From IMG/VR virus record IMGVR_UViG_3300043444_000140, positions 1-64,000 of that record: 64,000 nucleotides of DNA, one strand, 5' to 3'. A model generated the notes under the pieces. That model was not told the DNA's origin and ran no database searches. It saw only the letters and a program-made list of their open reading frames with translations. A program made the position numbers and the translations under genes. Positions within the stretch are counted from its first letter, which is position 1. Each line of letters begins with the position of its first letter. This DNA is from a virus. Positions 36,988 through 46,996 of this stretch are shown in pieces.

Positions 36988-37470
36988 ATGGGAAGAACTT
37001 GTCTTATTGGTTACAACGCTAGCAATCCGTATTCGTGCAATTGTAGCGGAGGTAACGCATACTCTTGTAACTGTTCAACAAATTATTACTCTTGTAACTG
37101 TGCCACTAACGTTTCTGGGTACAACTCTGTCTATGTTGCACCATCATATTATGCAGGATATACCTATAGTTGTAACTGTCAAACATGCTATCCAATTTAC
37201 ATAAGAGTAATCCAGTCAGCAGCATCTGTGATAAGCACAATAACAACATGGACACTAACTGCTTTAGCCCAATCACTGAGAATCAAGACAAACTCAAATC
37301 AGATTACCGTTCAGGCATTTTCAGACGACAGTCTAGTAACTCAGATTGGATCAGACCTGGTATACACTGGTTCTGGTGTAGTAGTAACATCAAACTATGG
37401 AATTGTAGTTTATCCATCTTCAACTTCCCAGGGTACTACCCTAGGAACAGTTGAGATTAATAAAAACTAA
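36988..37470 (+). CDS. Cys/Tyr-rich tip protein, C-half
   Basis: GAAAGG RBS; YSCNC repeats, then beta-rich end. Confidence 0.7.
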   Translation: MGRTCLIGYNASNPYSCNCSGGNAYSCNCSTNYYSCNCATNVSGYNSVYVAPSYYAGYTYSCNCQTCYPIYIRVIQSAASVISTITTWTLTALAQSLRIKTNSNQITVQAFSDDSLVTQIGSDLVYTGSGVVVTSNYGIVVYPSSTSQGTTLGTVEINKN

Positions 37471-37495
37471 TATATAATATATACAGGAGGAAAAT

Positions 37496-37732
37496 ATGTC
37501 AGAAAACTTACCAGTAGTACCGACACTAGATAGTGCGGTTCCAGTACCAAGAAACAACGACTATGACCTAGCAATGGTCATTGAGGGCGTAGTTTATGAG
37601 GTCATGAACGTAGATGGAAAGTCTGCAGCCAGATTCTTGGCACAGCCTACCTTTGTTCAGGTCGCAGCAAACTCAGTGTTTCCTGGATGGGTCTACAACT
37701 CAGACACTCAAACATTTTCGCAGCCAGAGTAG
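37496..37732 (+). CDS. Small accessory protein
   Basis: AMVIEGVVYEVM...FLAQPTFVQV; paralog of C-half of 38438. Confidence 0.6.
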   Translation: MSENLPVVPTLDSAVPVPRNNDYDLAMVIEGVVYEVMNVDGKSAARFLAQPTFVQVAANSVFPGWVYNSDTQTFSQPE

Positions 37733-37763
37733 TGTATGATATAATCATATAGAGGAGTTCTAT

Positions 37764-38438
37764 ATGAAACTAATACACTTTTTTGCTAAAAAAGAATTTG
37801 ACGATTTAGGTCAGCCTTTACCGATGAAAAACGTTCTGCCAGACTGGTGGAAAAACGGTGAGGCTGATCTTTCGTCTGGTGAAGCAGGAATGAAAAAATG
37901 CATCCCATTCCTAGACGTAATGTTAAGTGGGTATACGCTTACCACACCGATCGATATTTTTGTATCTAAAAAAGAAGATGGATCTGTCCACGTATCGTGG
38001 AATGCAGAAAAGGGTCTTGCAGATTTTGTTGGAGACAGACCAGAAGAGTTGGGGAGAACTATTCCTAGACCAGCAGGTCACCTAGACACGCACTTTGTCT
38101 TTAAGGGGTTTTGGGGCTGGAAGGTTCCAAAGGGGTACTCTGTACTAGTTACCCACCCATTTAATAGATTTGATCTACCATTCACAACAATGTCAGCACT
38201 TATGGATAGCGACGAATTTTACCCACCAGGAAATATTCCGTTTTTCCTAAAGGACGGCTTTGTTGGTGTCATTCCTGCAGGAACGCCATTTGCACAACTG
38301 CTACCAGTAAAGAGAGACTCCTGGAAGATGATTGATAACAATCAGGGACTTATGGATTACCACCACATCCACAACGTTGTTAGAAAGCCAGGTAACTCAT
38401 ATAAGAAACTTATGTGGCACCGAAAGGAATACAACTAA
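37764..38438 (+). CDS. DUF6065-like protein, copy 1
   Basis: KKCIPFLD...GY, P.GYS.L..HP.NR.DLPF, IPAGTP..Q..P.KR; family name unverified. Confidence 0.55.
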   Translation: MKLIHFFAKKEFDDLGQPLPMKNVLPDWWKNGEADLSSGEAGMKKCIPFLDVMLSGYTLTTPIDIFVSKKEDGSVHVSWNAEKGLADFVGDRPEELGRTIPRPAGHLDTHFVFKGFWGWKVPKGYSVLVTHPFNRFDLPFTTMSALMDSDEFYPPGNIPFFLKDGFVGVIPAGTPFAQLLPVKRDSWKMIDNNQGLMDYHHIHNVVRKPGNSYKKLMWHRKEYN

Positions 38439-38818
38439 TGGCTAAGAAAAAGTTTGAAGAGAAAGATCATCTGCACAAGCATCAGCACAGCGATGGACCA
38501 GTAGTTATGTCTACGCTAGATCTTATTAAGTTGCTTCTTTTGAATAAGTTTGCTTTTGGACCAAAGGATCCAGTAGAGGATGAAGAGATTGAAGTGCTTA
38601 GAGAGCGAAAGACTCCAAAGAATGTTTCCATAAATCACATTGCCGTAATCTTAGACGGTCAGGTGCAGGAAGTTATCCGTGCAGAAAATAGGCTAGCAGC
38701 ACTACTTCTTAGCGATCCAGAATTTGTTGAGTTCGATGTTCACCAACAAGTTATGGTTGGAGACTATTTTTCAGACGGTAAGTTTATAAAGGGAGATTTA
38801 GATGGCAAAGAAGATTAA
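38438..38818 (+). CDS. Small accessory protein
   Basis: IAVILDGQVQEVI...LLLSDPEFVE. Confidence 0.6.
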   Translation: MAKKKFEEKDHLHKHQHSDGPVVMSTLDLIKLLLLNKFAFGPKDPVEDEEIEVLRERKTPKNVSINHIAVILDGQVQEVIRAENRLAALLLSDPEFVEFDVHQQVMVGDYFSDGKFIKGDLDGKED

Positions 38819-39500
38819 GTTTTACTCTACTAACACAAAGTTTGAACTAGAAAAGCCAGTACCAGCATCAAAGGCAGTTCCTCAATGGTTTAGGAAAATG
38901 AAAAATGTCAAAGATCACAACATGACAATTAAGAGATGTGTTCCAGTTCTAGATGCACTAACATCTGGATATATGATCACTCTGAATGCTGACATGATCT
39001 GGGATAACGAGTCTGAGTCATTCCTGACTAAATCAAAACTCCCTATGAACTCAGATCACATGCCAATGCAAACAGAAGACATGGATATCTCGGATGACCT
39101 TGCTCCACAGCCACACAAATGGCTAAACTATTGGTACATAAAGACACCACCAGGATACAGCACACTCTTTGTTCATCCACTCAACAGAACAGACCTACCA
39201 TTCCAAACAATTGCTGGTGTCGTGGATACTGACAAGCATCCAACTCCAGTAAACTTTCCATTCTTCCTGAAGAAGGGTTTCTTTGGCACTATTCCTGCAG
39301 GAACTCCGATAGTTCAAGCAATACCCTTTAAGAGAGATGACTGGAATGCCAAGATTATTGATCAAGGCAAGTCATACTCTTATCCAAAAGCATTTGAGTC
39401 CTTTAACCCACCTTTTGCGTGGTATAAGCGTAAGTGGTGGACAAGAAAGAGGTACTCTGTAGATAATACAAAAGAGGTAAACCTACATGACGAGCAATAA
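38802..39500 (+). CDS. DUF6065-like protein, copy 2
   Basis: Clear paralog of 37764..38438. Confidence 0.55.
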   Translation: MAKKIKFYSTNTKFELEKPVPASKAVPQWFRKMKNVKDHNMTIKRCVPVLDALTSGYMITLNADMIWDNESESFLTKSKLPMNSDHMPMQTEDMDISDDLAPQPHKWLNYWYIKTPPGYSTLFVHPLNRTDLPFQTIAGVVDTDKHPTPVNFPFFLKKGFFGTIPAGTPIVQAIPFKRDDWNAKIIDQGKSYSYPKAFESFNPPFAWYKRKWWTRKRYSVDNTKEVNLHDEQ

Positions 39501-39774
39501 ACTTCCAAAAGTTCCAAAACTTGTACCACCAACAAACGCAGAGCCAAAACTTAAGCCTGTCAGACCGTGGGATCTATTCAATAAAAATAAAGAGCGTGTT
39601 TCAAAAGACATTAAAGATGAAAGAATGTCTATATGCGAATCATGCCCATTCTTTATTCAATCAACAAAACAGTGTAAAAAGTGTGGATGTCTTATGCACT
39701 TAAAAACACAACTTGCAGATGCATATTGCCCTATGGGAAAGTGGCACCAAGTAGATCCTTCTTTTAAGGAATAA
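39487..39774 (+). CDS. Small Cys-rich protein (DUF6171-like), copy 3
   Basis: RPWDL...ICESCPFF...QCKKCGCLMHLKT....CPMGKW. Confidence 0.7.
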   Translation: MTSNKLPKVPKLVPPTNAEPKLKPVRPWDLFNKNKERVSKDIKDERMSICESCPFFIQSTKQCKKCGCLMHLKTQLADAYCPMGKWHQVDPSFKE

Positions 39775-39810
39775 GACTAGTAAGTATGGTAGAATTGACT
39801 AGGAGATCTC

Positions 39811-42800
39811 ATGCCTAGTCAATCTAACATTTACGCTGAAAAAGTTTACAGCGAACACCCAATATCTTTATGGTCACTGGATGACCAACTTGACTACGTT
39901 TCATATATCTCGGAAGAAAATCGTGACGTGTCTACATGGACTGCATCTGGAAATGACGTAGACATTTCATTGTCCACATTGAACATTGGACAAAAGTTTT
40001 CTAATGGGCTCTACAAGATTGTTGCAACCAAGACAGAACTAGAAAGTTTGTCTGAATTTCGGCTACTTAGTCAAAATATTGTAAATCTGGGAGACCTTGA
40101 CGACACCCTGTCAACCTTCTCCATAGGCTCATACTTCTACTCAGATACTGAGTATGTTAAAAGCATTACTATAGGCTATAGGTATGTTGAAGAAATAACC
40201 AATCAGAATGTCTATGTCACTAAAACGTTTGAGACAAACATCAGTAAAAACTGGATATATCTTGCAGAAACGTTCGACATCCCAAACTACACTAGCAACA
40301 TTCAACTGATAATTGACATCAAATACTACGACAGCGAAGATCCACAAACAGAGTACACCTTTTATGTAAATGGACTAAGTCTTGGTCAATGGTCAGAAGA
40401 GTTCCAATCAGAATCTCTAGGACTGTCGTACAAGAGCGACGGCAGTGGCGAGATTATAGACTTTCCAACTGACATCTCTCTCGATGGTGCGACACAGGCA
40501 GTTGTAGCCTCTGCTTATGGATTGCAGGACAACAAGGGGTATTACCTAGCCACACAAAACAAGATTTACGCAAAAAACTCAGGTTTGCCAATGGTATTTG
40601 GATCTGCAAGCGTAACATCATTGCTGTATAACGAAGCCCTACCATCGCTGATCGTTCCAGGAGAAGGATTTCTGAATAGCGTAGGTAAGTATAACTCCTA
40701 CACATTTGAAGCATGGATGCGTATAGACTCAATATCGGTAGAGGCTCACAGAATTTTTGGTCCACTCGGATCTTTGGATGGTGTCTATGTTGATAACGAA
40801 AGAATTTATTTAAAGATATCTGACACTATCAAGTCTGCCACGGTAACTGAGTGGGGAAGACCATCGCTAGTTCACATCAAGTATACTCCAAACAATGTAG
40901 CCTTAGTAATGAATGCACAGGAAATCATTTCTATTGACATAGATGCAGAAGCCCTATACCTTCCAGAGCAAACAGACGCATTTGGTAGAAGCCAAGACTG
41001 GCTAGGGTTCTACGCCTCAGACGACGTGGCTATTGACGTTGATTGCGTTGGAGTGTACCCATATGAAGTAGACAAGACAATGGCAAAAAGAAGATGGGTC
41101 TATGGTCAAAACGTAGAATACCCAGAAAACTTAAACTCGGCATTTGACGGTAAGACAATTGCCATAGATTATCCTAGAGCAAACTACACAACAAACTTTG
41201 TTTTTCCCAAAAACAGTGCATGGTCTAGAGGTATTTCAGAGAACCTATCATTTGCAAATAATTCTATATCTTCCCCAGTCTACTCTTTGCCAGATGTAGT
41301 TCTCGAAAGCGGATCTCCATCCACATGGCTTGTAGATCAGCAAGACTGCCAGTTCGAATCCGACATGTACTTTAGAATGAAGCCAAATGCAAATTGGCAA
41401 GACGTTGACGGGTATTTGTATCTAGATAGTTTGTCTTTTATTAATAAACCAGTTCGTGCATTGTATGGAATTTTTAAATCGGTTCAAGATGTATCATCAG
41501 AAGAGGTACTATTAAAGTTGAGGGACAAGACCAATGGAAACTCCCTATCTGTAACTGTTCTGGGAAACTCTGTCAAGTATAGTCTTTCATACTTTGGTAC
41601 CGAAACAGTTATAAAGTCGGTAAGCGTTGCAACTATTGGTGAAATGTTTGTTGCTGGTATAGACTTTAAAAAAGTGTCTTCTGCATTTGGACAGAGCCTA
41701 GTGTCGTTCCTTTCAAATCAGAACAACCTAGAACTTTTTATTTGTGGAGACTCCCAGCACGGAAGAGTCTTCTCTGGAAATGTTTATAACATCAGCATAT
41801 CTACCGACAGGAATGCTAGAAGTATTGGGTATATGTTCGGTGGCGACGGTATCGCCATAGACAAAGACTCATTCCTAGAGATTGCATACGATGCAGGAAG
41901 CACATACTTTGGAAACAATCCAGACTACTGGTCAGCACTGCTAGATGGCGGAGACCCATACTCAGTAACCTCAGACGCATTCTTTGCCCACACAGCAACA
42001 TACAAACTATATGCAAAAACATTCTTTGACGAATACAGACTTGACATTGCTACTTCTTCTACCTGGGAAGACTTTGTTCCATTGTCAAACTTTGCTAAGT
42101 ATGTCCAGGACGGCACTGAGGCAAGTTATTATGATCTAGACTTTTTGCAATTCAACATTGGTCACCCTGCCCCAGGAAAATTCATAGAACAAAAGACAAA
42201 AGATGGTGCATGGACATATGCCGAACTTCAAGCAGAATATAATACTCCAGTTCAGTATTCTTATGCAGAATTAGACAACGAACTATTTAGCGGATTTGCG
42301 TCCTACGGAGACTTGCAAAAGAAAACAAGAACTCAGTATGTGTACGATACAGAAAACCTTTCAGTTAGAACATACGTTACTTTTCAGTCGCTCTCTGGTG
42401 GTGCGAACACAACACTTGAGTCATACACAAATACAGAGCGAGTCGGTAGCAACAATCTGGTAAAGGCTGGTGACGAGTGGATAAATACCAAATATGAAGT
42501 AATTGACGGTACAGTTATATATCCACCGAAGTCTGTAAACTTCTATGACCTAGCAATTGTTGTTCACGTGGAAATGGTCTCAGATGGAATTTTGACCAAG
42601 CCAGTAAGGGTAACCACAATAGATCTAACTTCTCAAGCACTTGACGTAAAGTCTCCAAGTCCAATAGGGACAAAGTTTGGAATTCCAATTTATCCATATA
42701 CAAAGAATGGCATCTACTTCAACTATAAGGCAGTAAATCCATTCAAGATCTATAAGCAGAGTACGCCGTACCTATTTTTAAATAGAAGTTCTGGAATCGA

Positions 42801-43542
42801 ACTTGTTGGAGATTTTGAGCCATTGGTAAACCGTGGTCTCACAGTGCCATTAAACCCTAGGGCTTCGTCAAAGTTTAGCGTGTCCGCTATGCAAATGCTT
42901 TTTAAATATAGCAAAGACTACTTCCCGTATTCGTCCACCCCAATCTTTGAGATACAGTCAAAGAATTCCTACATAAAGTTCTATTTGGTAGCAACTCAAC
43001 CAGACGGAAAGAGAGCCAAAATCTATGCAATCAACTCCGAGACTGGGCTAGAAGAAAACGGAATAGCATTTTATATTAATGGAAAACTGGTCAAGAGTCC
43101 TACAATTACCGTTAAAGAATGGGCAATGCTTGGAATTTCTTTTGTCAAAAAACTTAGCCTAGACAGTTATTCTGGAGCCTTTAGGCTTAATGGTCCAATT
43201 ATGGTTAACCACATGTCCTACTACCAGTCAAGTGGATTGCAAGAAAAGATATATACAGCATTCAGAGTTTGGGATCGTGTTAAGGAAAACATTGCGTCTG
43301 AAAGCCTGGACTGGACATTCTGGAAGGGTAGCATTCTTGCTGGTCAAACATACTCCTGGAACAACGTTCTGGTGATTGGAACAAACAGTTTTTTTGGAGT
43401 CAGTCTACCTAACATATATAAGACGTATACAGGAACAAACAAGATAGTCTTTGACGACAATAGCGGAATTGCGTTAAGTAGTTACAGGTTTAGAACCTAT
43501 AGAAAACTATCCCAGACTACATTTACTAAGAAGCCATCATAA
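39811..43542 (+). CDS. Large minor virion protein, probably with ConA/LamG-like domains
   Basis: 1243 aa; HPISLWSLDD and YTFEAWMR patterns; context. Confidence 0.6.
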   Translation: MPSQSNIYAEKVYSEHPISLWSLDDQLDYVSYISEENRDVSTWTASGNDVDISLSTLNIGQKFSNGLYKIVATKTELESLSEFRLLSQNIVNLGDLDDTLSTFSIGSYFYSDTEYVKSITIGYRYVEEITNQNVYVTKTFETNISKNWIYLAETFDIPNYTSNIQLIIDIKYYDSEDPQTEYTFYVNGLSLGQWSEEFQSESLGLSYKSDGSGEIIDFPTDISLDGATQAVVASAYGLQDNKGYYLATQNKIYAKNSGLPMVFGSASVTSLLYNEALPSLIVPGEGFLNSVGKYNSYTFEAWMRIDSISVEAHRIFGPLGSLDGVYVDNERIYLKISDTIKSATVTEWGRPSLVHIKYTPNNVALVMNAQEIISIDIDAEALYLPEQTDAFGRSQDWLGFYASDDVAIDVDCVGVYPYEVDKTMAKRRWVYGQNVEYPENLNSAFDGKTIAIDYPRANYTTNFVFPKNSAWSRGISENLSFANNSISSPVYSLPDVVLESGSPSTWLVDQQDCQFESDMYFRMKPNANWQDVDGYLYLDSLSFINKPVRALYGIFKSVQDVSSEEVLLKLRDKTNGNSLSVTVLGNSVKYSLSYFGTETVIKSVSVATIGEMFVAGIDFKKVSSAFGQSLVSFLSNQNNLELFICGDSQHGRVFSGNVYNISISTDRNARSIGYMFGGDGIAIDKDSFLEIAYDAGSTYFGNNPDYWSALLDGGDPYSVTSDAFFAHTATYKLYAKTFFDEYRLDIATSSTWEDFVPLSNFAKYVQDGTEASYYDLDFLQFNIGHPAPGKFIEQKTKDGAWTYAELQAEYNTPVQYSYAELDNELFSGFASYGDLQKKTRTQYVYDTENLSVRTYVTFQSLSGGANTTLESYTNTERVGSNNLVKAGDEWINTKYEVIDGTVIYPPKSVNFYDLAIVVHVEMVSDGILTKPVRVTTIDLTSQALDVKSPSPIGTKFGIPIYPYTKNGIYFNYKAVNPFKIYKQSTPYLFLNRSSGIELVGDFEPLVNRGLTVPLNPRASSKFSVSAMQMLFKYSKDYFPYSSTPIFEIQSKNSYIKFYLVATQPDGKRAKIYAINSETGLEENGIAFYINGKLVKSPTITVKEWAMLGISFVKKLSLDSYSGAFRLNGPIMVNHMSYYQSSGLQEKIYTAFRVWDRVKENIASESLDWTFWKGSILAGQTYSWNNVLVIGTNSFFGVSLPNIYKTYTGTNKIVFDDNSGIALSSYRFRTYRKLSQTTFTKKPS

Positions 43543-43560
43543 TATGGTATACTAGTGGTT

Positions 43561-43938
43561 ATGAATAATGAAAAACCACGCTTTCCTGGTCAAATTGGTG
43601 ACTCAAAAGTAACAGTATTAGACAAGCAGTATGAATGGGGCATCTATGTTTGGATCAAGGCAAACGGAAAGCCATTTACAGACGGACATGGTAGCGTACT
43701 AAACATCCCATCTCACAGAGGCGACGGTATTCAAATAGAAAAACTTAAGAGAGAAGCAGCATACCTAGGTCAGCCCGATGGTCGTGCCGAGTTCTATCCA
43801 GGTATGGCAAGAATTTCAGAAGAAGAGTACTCTGAGCAGGTAGACAGAATGAAGAATGGTCTTATTCCAAACCTTAACGATCTAGGTGCTGTACAAGCAG
43901 CGAAAGATACTATCGCAATGTATGGAGATGAAGAGTAA
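43561..43938 (+). CDS. Hypothetical protein upstream of portal
   Basis: TGGTATACT-7nt-ATG; coupled to portal. Confidence 0.6.
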   Translation: MNNEKPRFPGQIGDSKVTVLDKQYEWGIYVWIKANGKPFTDGHGSVLNIPSHRGDGIQIEKLKREAAYLGQPDGRAEFYPGMARISEEEYSEQVDRMKNGLIPNLNDLGAVQAAKDTIAMYGDEE

Positions 43939-45581
43939 TGTCAGAGCACTATATCCGTGACCTTGGGCTAGACGAACTGCAAAAGCAGGATGACACCTTT
44001 AAGGCACAAGACCCATTCAATCGTTCATGGGAAGAACTTAAGGGATTCTCTGGTATTGAGAAAAACTTTAAGCGTAGAACAGATAGAATCGAAAAGGCTA
44101 ATAATGACTCTGTCGTAGAGAGCACCCTACAGTACAACAATGTTGACGTAACCTCACTAGGCTACCAGGACAGTGCTTTGGCTGTACGTGGCGGTATCAA
44201 TGGAGCATCTTCAAAGGAAATTAATCCAGGTAAGGTATACCGCAATGGATATGGTCTATTCGACGTAATTACCCCACCATGGAACCTATACGAACTATCA
44301 AACTATTACGACAGATCATTTGCTAACCACGCAGCAATTGATGCTAAGGTAGAAAACATTGTTGGTCTAGGATATGACATGCAGGCTACCCAGAGAGTCC
44401 TAATGGCTCTTGAGGCATCTGACAATCCATCTGCAACAGACAAGGCACGTAAGCGTATAGAACGTGCAAAGGTAGAGGTCAAGGAGTGGTTCGAATCACT
44501 TAACTCTGACGAGTCAATGACATCAACCTTTATGAAGGTTTGGACAGACTATGAGTCTACTGGAAATGGATATCTAGAAATTGGTAGAACTATTACTGGA
44601 GAGATTGGCTATGTAGGTCACATCCCTGCTACAACAATGCGTGTACGTCGCTTGCGTGACGGATACATCCAGATCATTGGAAATAAGGTTGTTTACTTCC
44701 GTAACTTTGGTGCAAAGAACGTAAACCCAATCACAAACGATCCACGACCAAACGAAATTATTCACATTAAGCAGTATTCGCCATTGAACTCTTTCTATGG
44801 AGTCCCAGACATCCTTGCTGCTATTGGGGCATTGCAGGGTGACCTGCTTGCGTCACAGTACAACATTGACTACTTCACCAACAAGGGTGTGCCTCGCTAT
44901 ATCGTAACTCTTAAGGGTGCAAAACTTTCAGAAGAGGCAGAGGACAAGATGTTCCGATTCCTACAGACAAGCCTAAAGGGACAGAACCACAGAACTCTAT
45001 ACATTCCACTTCCAGGAGACTCAGATACCAATAAGGTTGAGTTTAAGATGGAGGCAGTCGAAAGCGGTACACAAGAGGCATCGTTCAACGAATACCGTAT
45101 CCGTAACCGTGACGACATTCTAGTTGCTCACCAGGTACCTCTATCAAAGATTGGTGGCGGTGACTCAGCAGCCATTGCTGCAGCACTAGCACAAGACCGC
45201 ACATTCAAGGAGCAGGTAGCCAGACCAGCACAACGCAACCTTGAGAAGGTACTTAACAAGATCATCAAAGAGAAGACAGACATTGTTGAACTCAAGTTTA
45301 ATGAACTGACCCTGACAGATGAAATTGCACAGTCACAGATTATCGAGCGTTACGTTCGTAATCAGGTTATGACTAGAAACGAAGCACGTGAAGTTCTTGG
45401 TCTTCCACAGATGGAGGAGGCAGACGAGTTTCTTGAGTTGAACGCAAGACAGGCTGCAGACGCTACAGCAAACACAGCACAGACCAGACAGAGGGACGCA
45501 GAGAGAAGTTCAAACTCTTCGGACAACTCTGCAACGGTTGCTGGTAGAAATCCGAAAGGTGAAGGACGCTCCGTTCAATAA
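43938..45581 (+). CDS. Portal protein
   Basis: TGNGYLEI.R, NEIIH, FYGVP, YF.N..VP, VMT.NEARE.LGLP motifs. Confidence 0.9.
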   Translation: MSEHYIRDLGLDELQKQDDTFKAQDPFNRSWEELKGFSGIEKNFKRRTDRIEKANNDSVVESTLQYNNVDVTSLGYQDSALAVRGGINGASSKEINPGKVYRNGYGLFDVITPPWNLYELSNYYDRSFANHAAIDAKVENIVGLGYDMQATQRVLMALEASDNPSATDKARKRIERAKVEVKEWFESLNSDESMTSTFMKVWTDYESTGNGYLEIGRTITGEIGYVGHIPATTMRVRRLRDGYIQIIGNKVVYFRNFGAKNVNPITNDPRPNEIIHIKQYSPLNSFYGVPDILAAIGALQGDLLASQYNIDYFTNKGVPRYIVTLKGAKLSEEAEDKMFRFLQTSLKGQNHRTLYIPLPGDSDTNKVEFKMEAVESGTQEASFNEYRIRNRDDILVAHQVPLSKIGGGDSAAIAAALAQDRTFKEQVARPAQRNLEKVLNKIIKEKTDIVELKFNELTLTDEIAQSQIIERYVRNQVMTRNEAREVLGLPQMEEADEFLELNARQAADATANTAQTRQRDAERSSNSSDNSATVAGRNPKGEGRSVQ

Positions 45582-45633
45582 ATGTGTTATAATAAAGTAA
45601 CAAAGTTTAAAAAGGGCTCTATAATTAACTAGT

Positions 45634-46965
45634 ATGACTATTTCAAAAGCACATTGGGACACTGAAGGCGAAAACGTTCGCCTATCAATGCCGTTCAGCA
45701 AGGTTGATCAGGAACGTCGCATCGTTTCTGGCTTCGCCACGCTTGACAATGTTGACAGACAAAAAGACATTGTTACAGCAGAAGCCTCTATGAAGGCTTT
45801 CTCTAAGTTCCGTGGGAACATTCGTGAAATGCACCAGCCACTAGCAGTAGGCAAGATGGTAGCGTTCAGAGAAGACAAGTATTTTGACCCTGAGACCAAG
45901 AAGTTCTATTCTGGTGTTTATGTTTCTGCATACGTCTCAAAGGGTGCACAGGACACCTGGGAGAAGGTACTTGATGGTACCCTTTCAGGTTTTTCAATTG
46001 GCGGTAGAATGAATAAGTACGAAGATGCTTATGACGAGAAGATGGATTCTGCCATTCGTATTATTAAGGAGTATGACCTACATGAACTTTCATTGGTAGA
46101 CACTCCAGCAAATCAATTTGCAAATATCCTATCTGTTCAAAAGGTGGATGGCGTAGACACCATCAAGGGTGATGTTGCTAACGTAGAAATTGAAAACGTA
46201 TTCTGGGATCCAGAATCTGGAGTTGTTAAGATTTCAGAGAACGAGGTTGAGGTAAGCCCAGCCACAGGAAACCAAATGCAAAATATAGGTTTTGTCGAAA
46301 AGTCAGATAATGAAAAACTAGACATGATAAAGTTCTTAGTTGACAGTGCTAAAGGCATTAATACTAAGATGAATAAGGAGGCTAGTCCTATGAATGAAAC
46401 AACAAACGAAGTAGCAGTTGAAGAAACTGTTGCAGTTGAAGAAACACAGGTCGCTCCAGAGGCAGATGCTACAGAGGAAGCAGTTGAGGCACCAGCCGAG
46501 ACCGTAGACGCTGTTGAATCAGCAGTTGAGAAGGCAGCAGATGCTGACGAGGACGACGTTCCTGGTACTGAAGTTATGGAAGAATCAGAAGATTCTGACA
46601 AGGACGAGATGACCGAGAAGTCGGAGACTGTTGAAGAAGTATCTAAAGCAGATGCTGTTGCTGAATCAGTAGCAGAGATCAAGAACACTCTAACATCAGC
46701 CTTTAGCGATCTAGCATCAACCATCAAGTCTCTACAGACTCAGGTTGATGAACTAAGCAAGTCTGTGGATTCCGTAAAAAATGAGGTAACGGATTCAAAG
46801 CAGATTTTCAATGAATTTGGAAAGAGAGTGGACGCTGTTGAGGCAGACACCGCTTTCCGCAAGTCTGGCGATCTAGGCGAGATCGTACAGGAAAATGAAC
46901 CAGAACAGGTTCAGAAATCCCTATGGGACGGTCGTTTCCTCAAAACTGCCGATCTATTTAGATAA
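45634..46965 (+). CDS. HK97-type prohead protease fused to acidic scaffold
   Basis: VSGFA...VD...D, REMH, GFSIGG, ELSLVD.PAN; acidic coiled-coil C-half. Confidence 0.9.
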   Translation: MTISKAHWDTEGENVRLSMPFSKVDQERRIVSGFATLDNVDRQKDIVTAEASMKAFSKFRGNIREMHQPLAVGKMVAFREDKYFDPETKKFYSGVYVSAYVSKGAQDTWEKVLDGTLSGFSIGGRMNKYEDAYDEKMDSAIRIIKEYDLHELSLVDTPANQFANILSVQKVDGVDTIKGDVANVEIENVFWDPESGVVKISENEVEVSPATGNQMQNIGFVEKSDNEKLDMIKFLVDSAKGINTKMNKEASPMNETTNEVAVEETVAVEETQVAPEADATEEAVEAPAETVDAVESAVEKAADADEDDVPGTEVMEESEDSDKDEMTEKSETVEEVSKADAVAESVAEIKNTLTSAFSDLASTIKSLQTQVDELSKSVDSVKNEVTDSKQIFNEFGKRVDAVEADTAFRKSGDLGEIVQENEPEQVQKSLWDGRFLKTADLFR

Positions 46966-46996
46966 CAAAATAAAAATCACTCAGGAGGTGAACAAT

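Noticed and set aside
36960-36990. Frameshift, readthrough or pseudogene at the split Cys-rich gene
   Set aside because: A clean stop plus a proper RBS and ATG favour two real genes
34863-37470. Diversity-generating retroelement (Mtd-like N-terminus, Asn/Tyr-rich target)
   Set aside because: No reverse transcriptase and no TR/VR pair differing at adenines seen in this window; the Mtd-N domain is a generic fibre module
46340-46370. Internal promoter for the scaffold (TTGACA...TAAGAT)
   Set aside because: A 19-nt spacer is too long to support confidently
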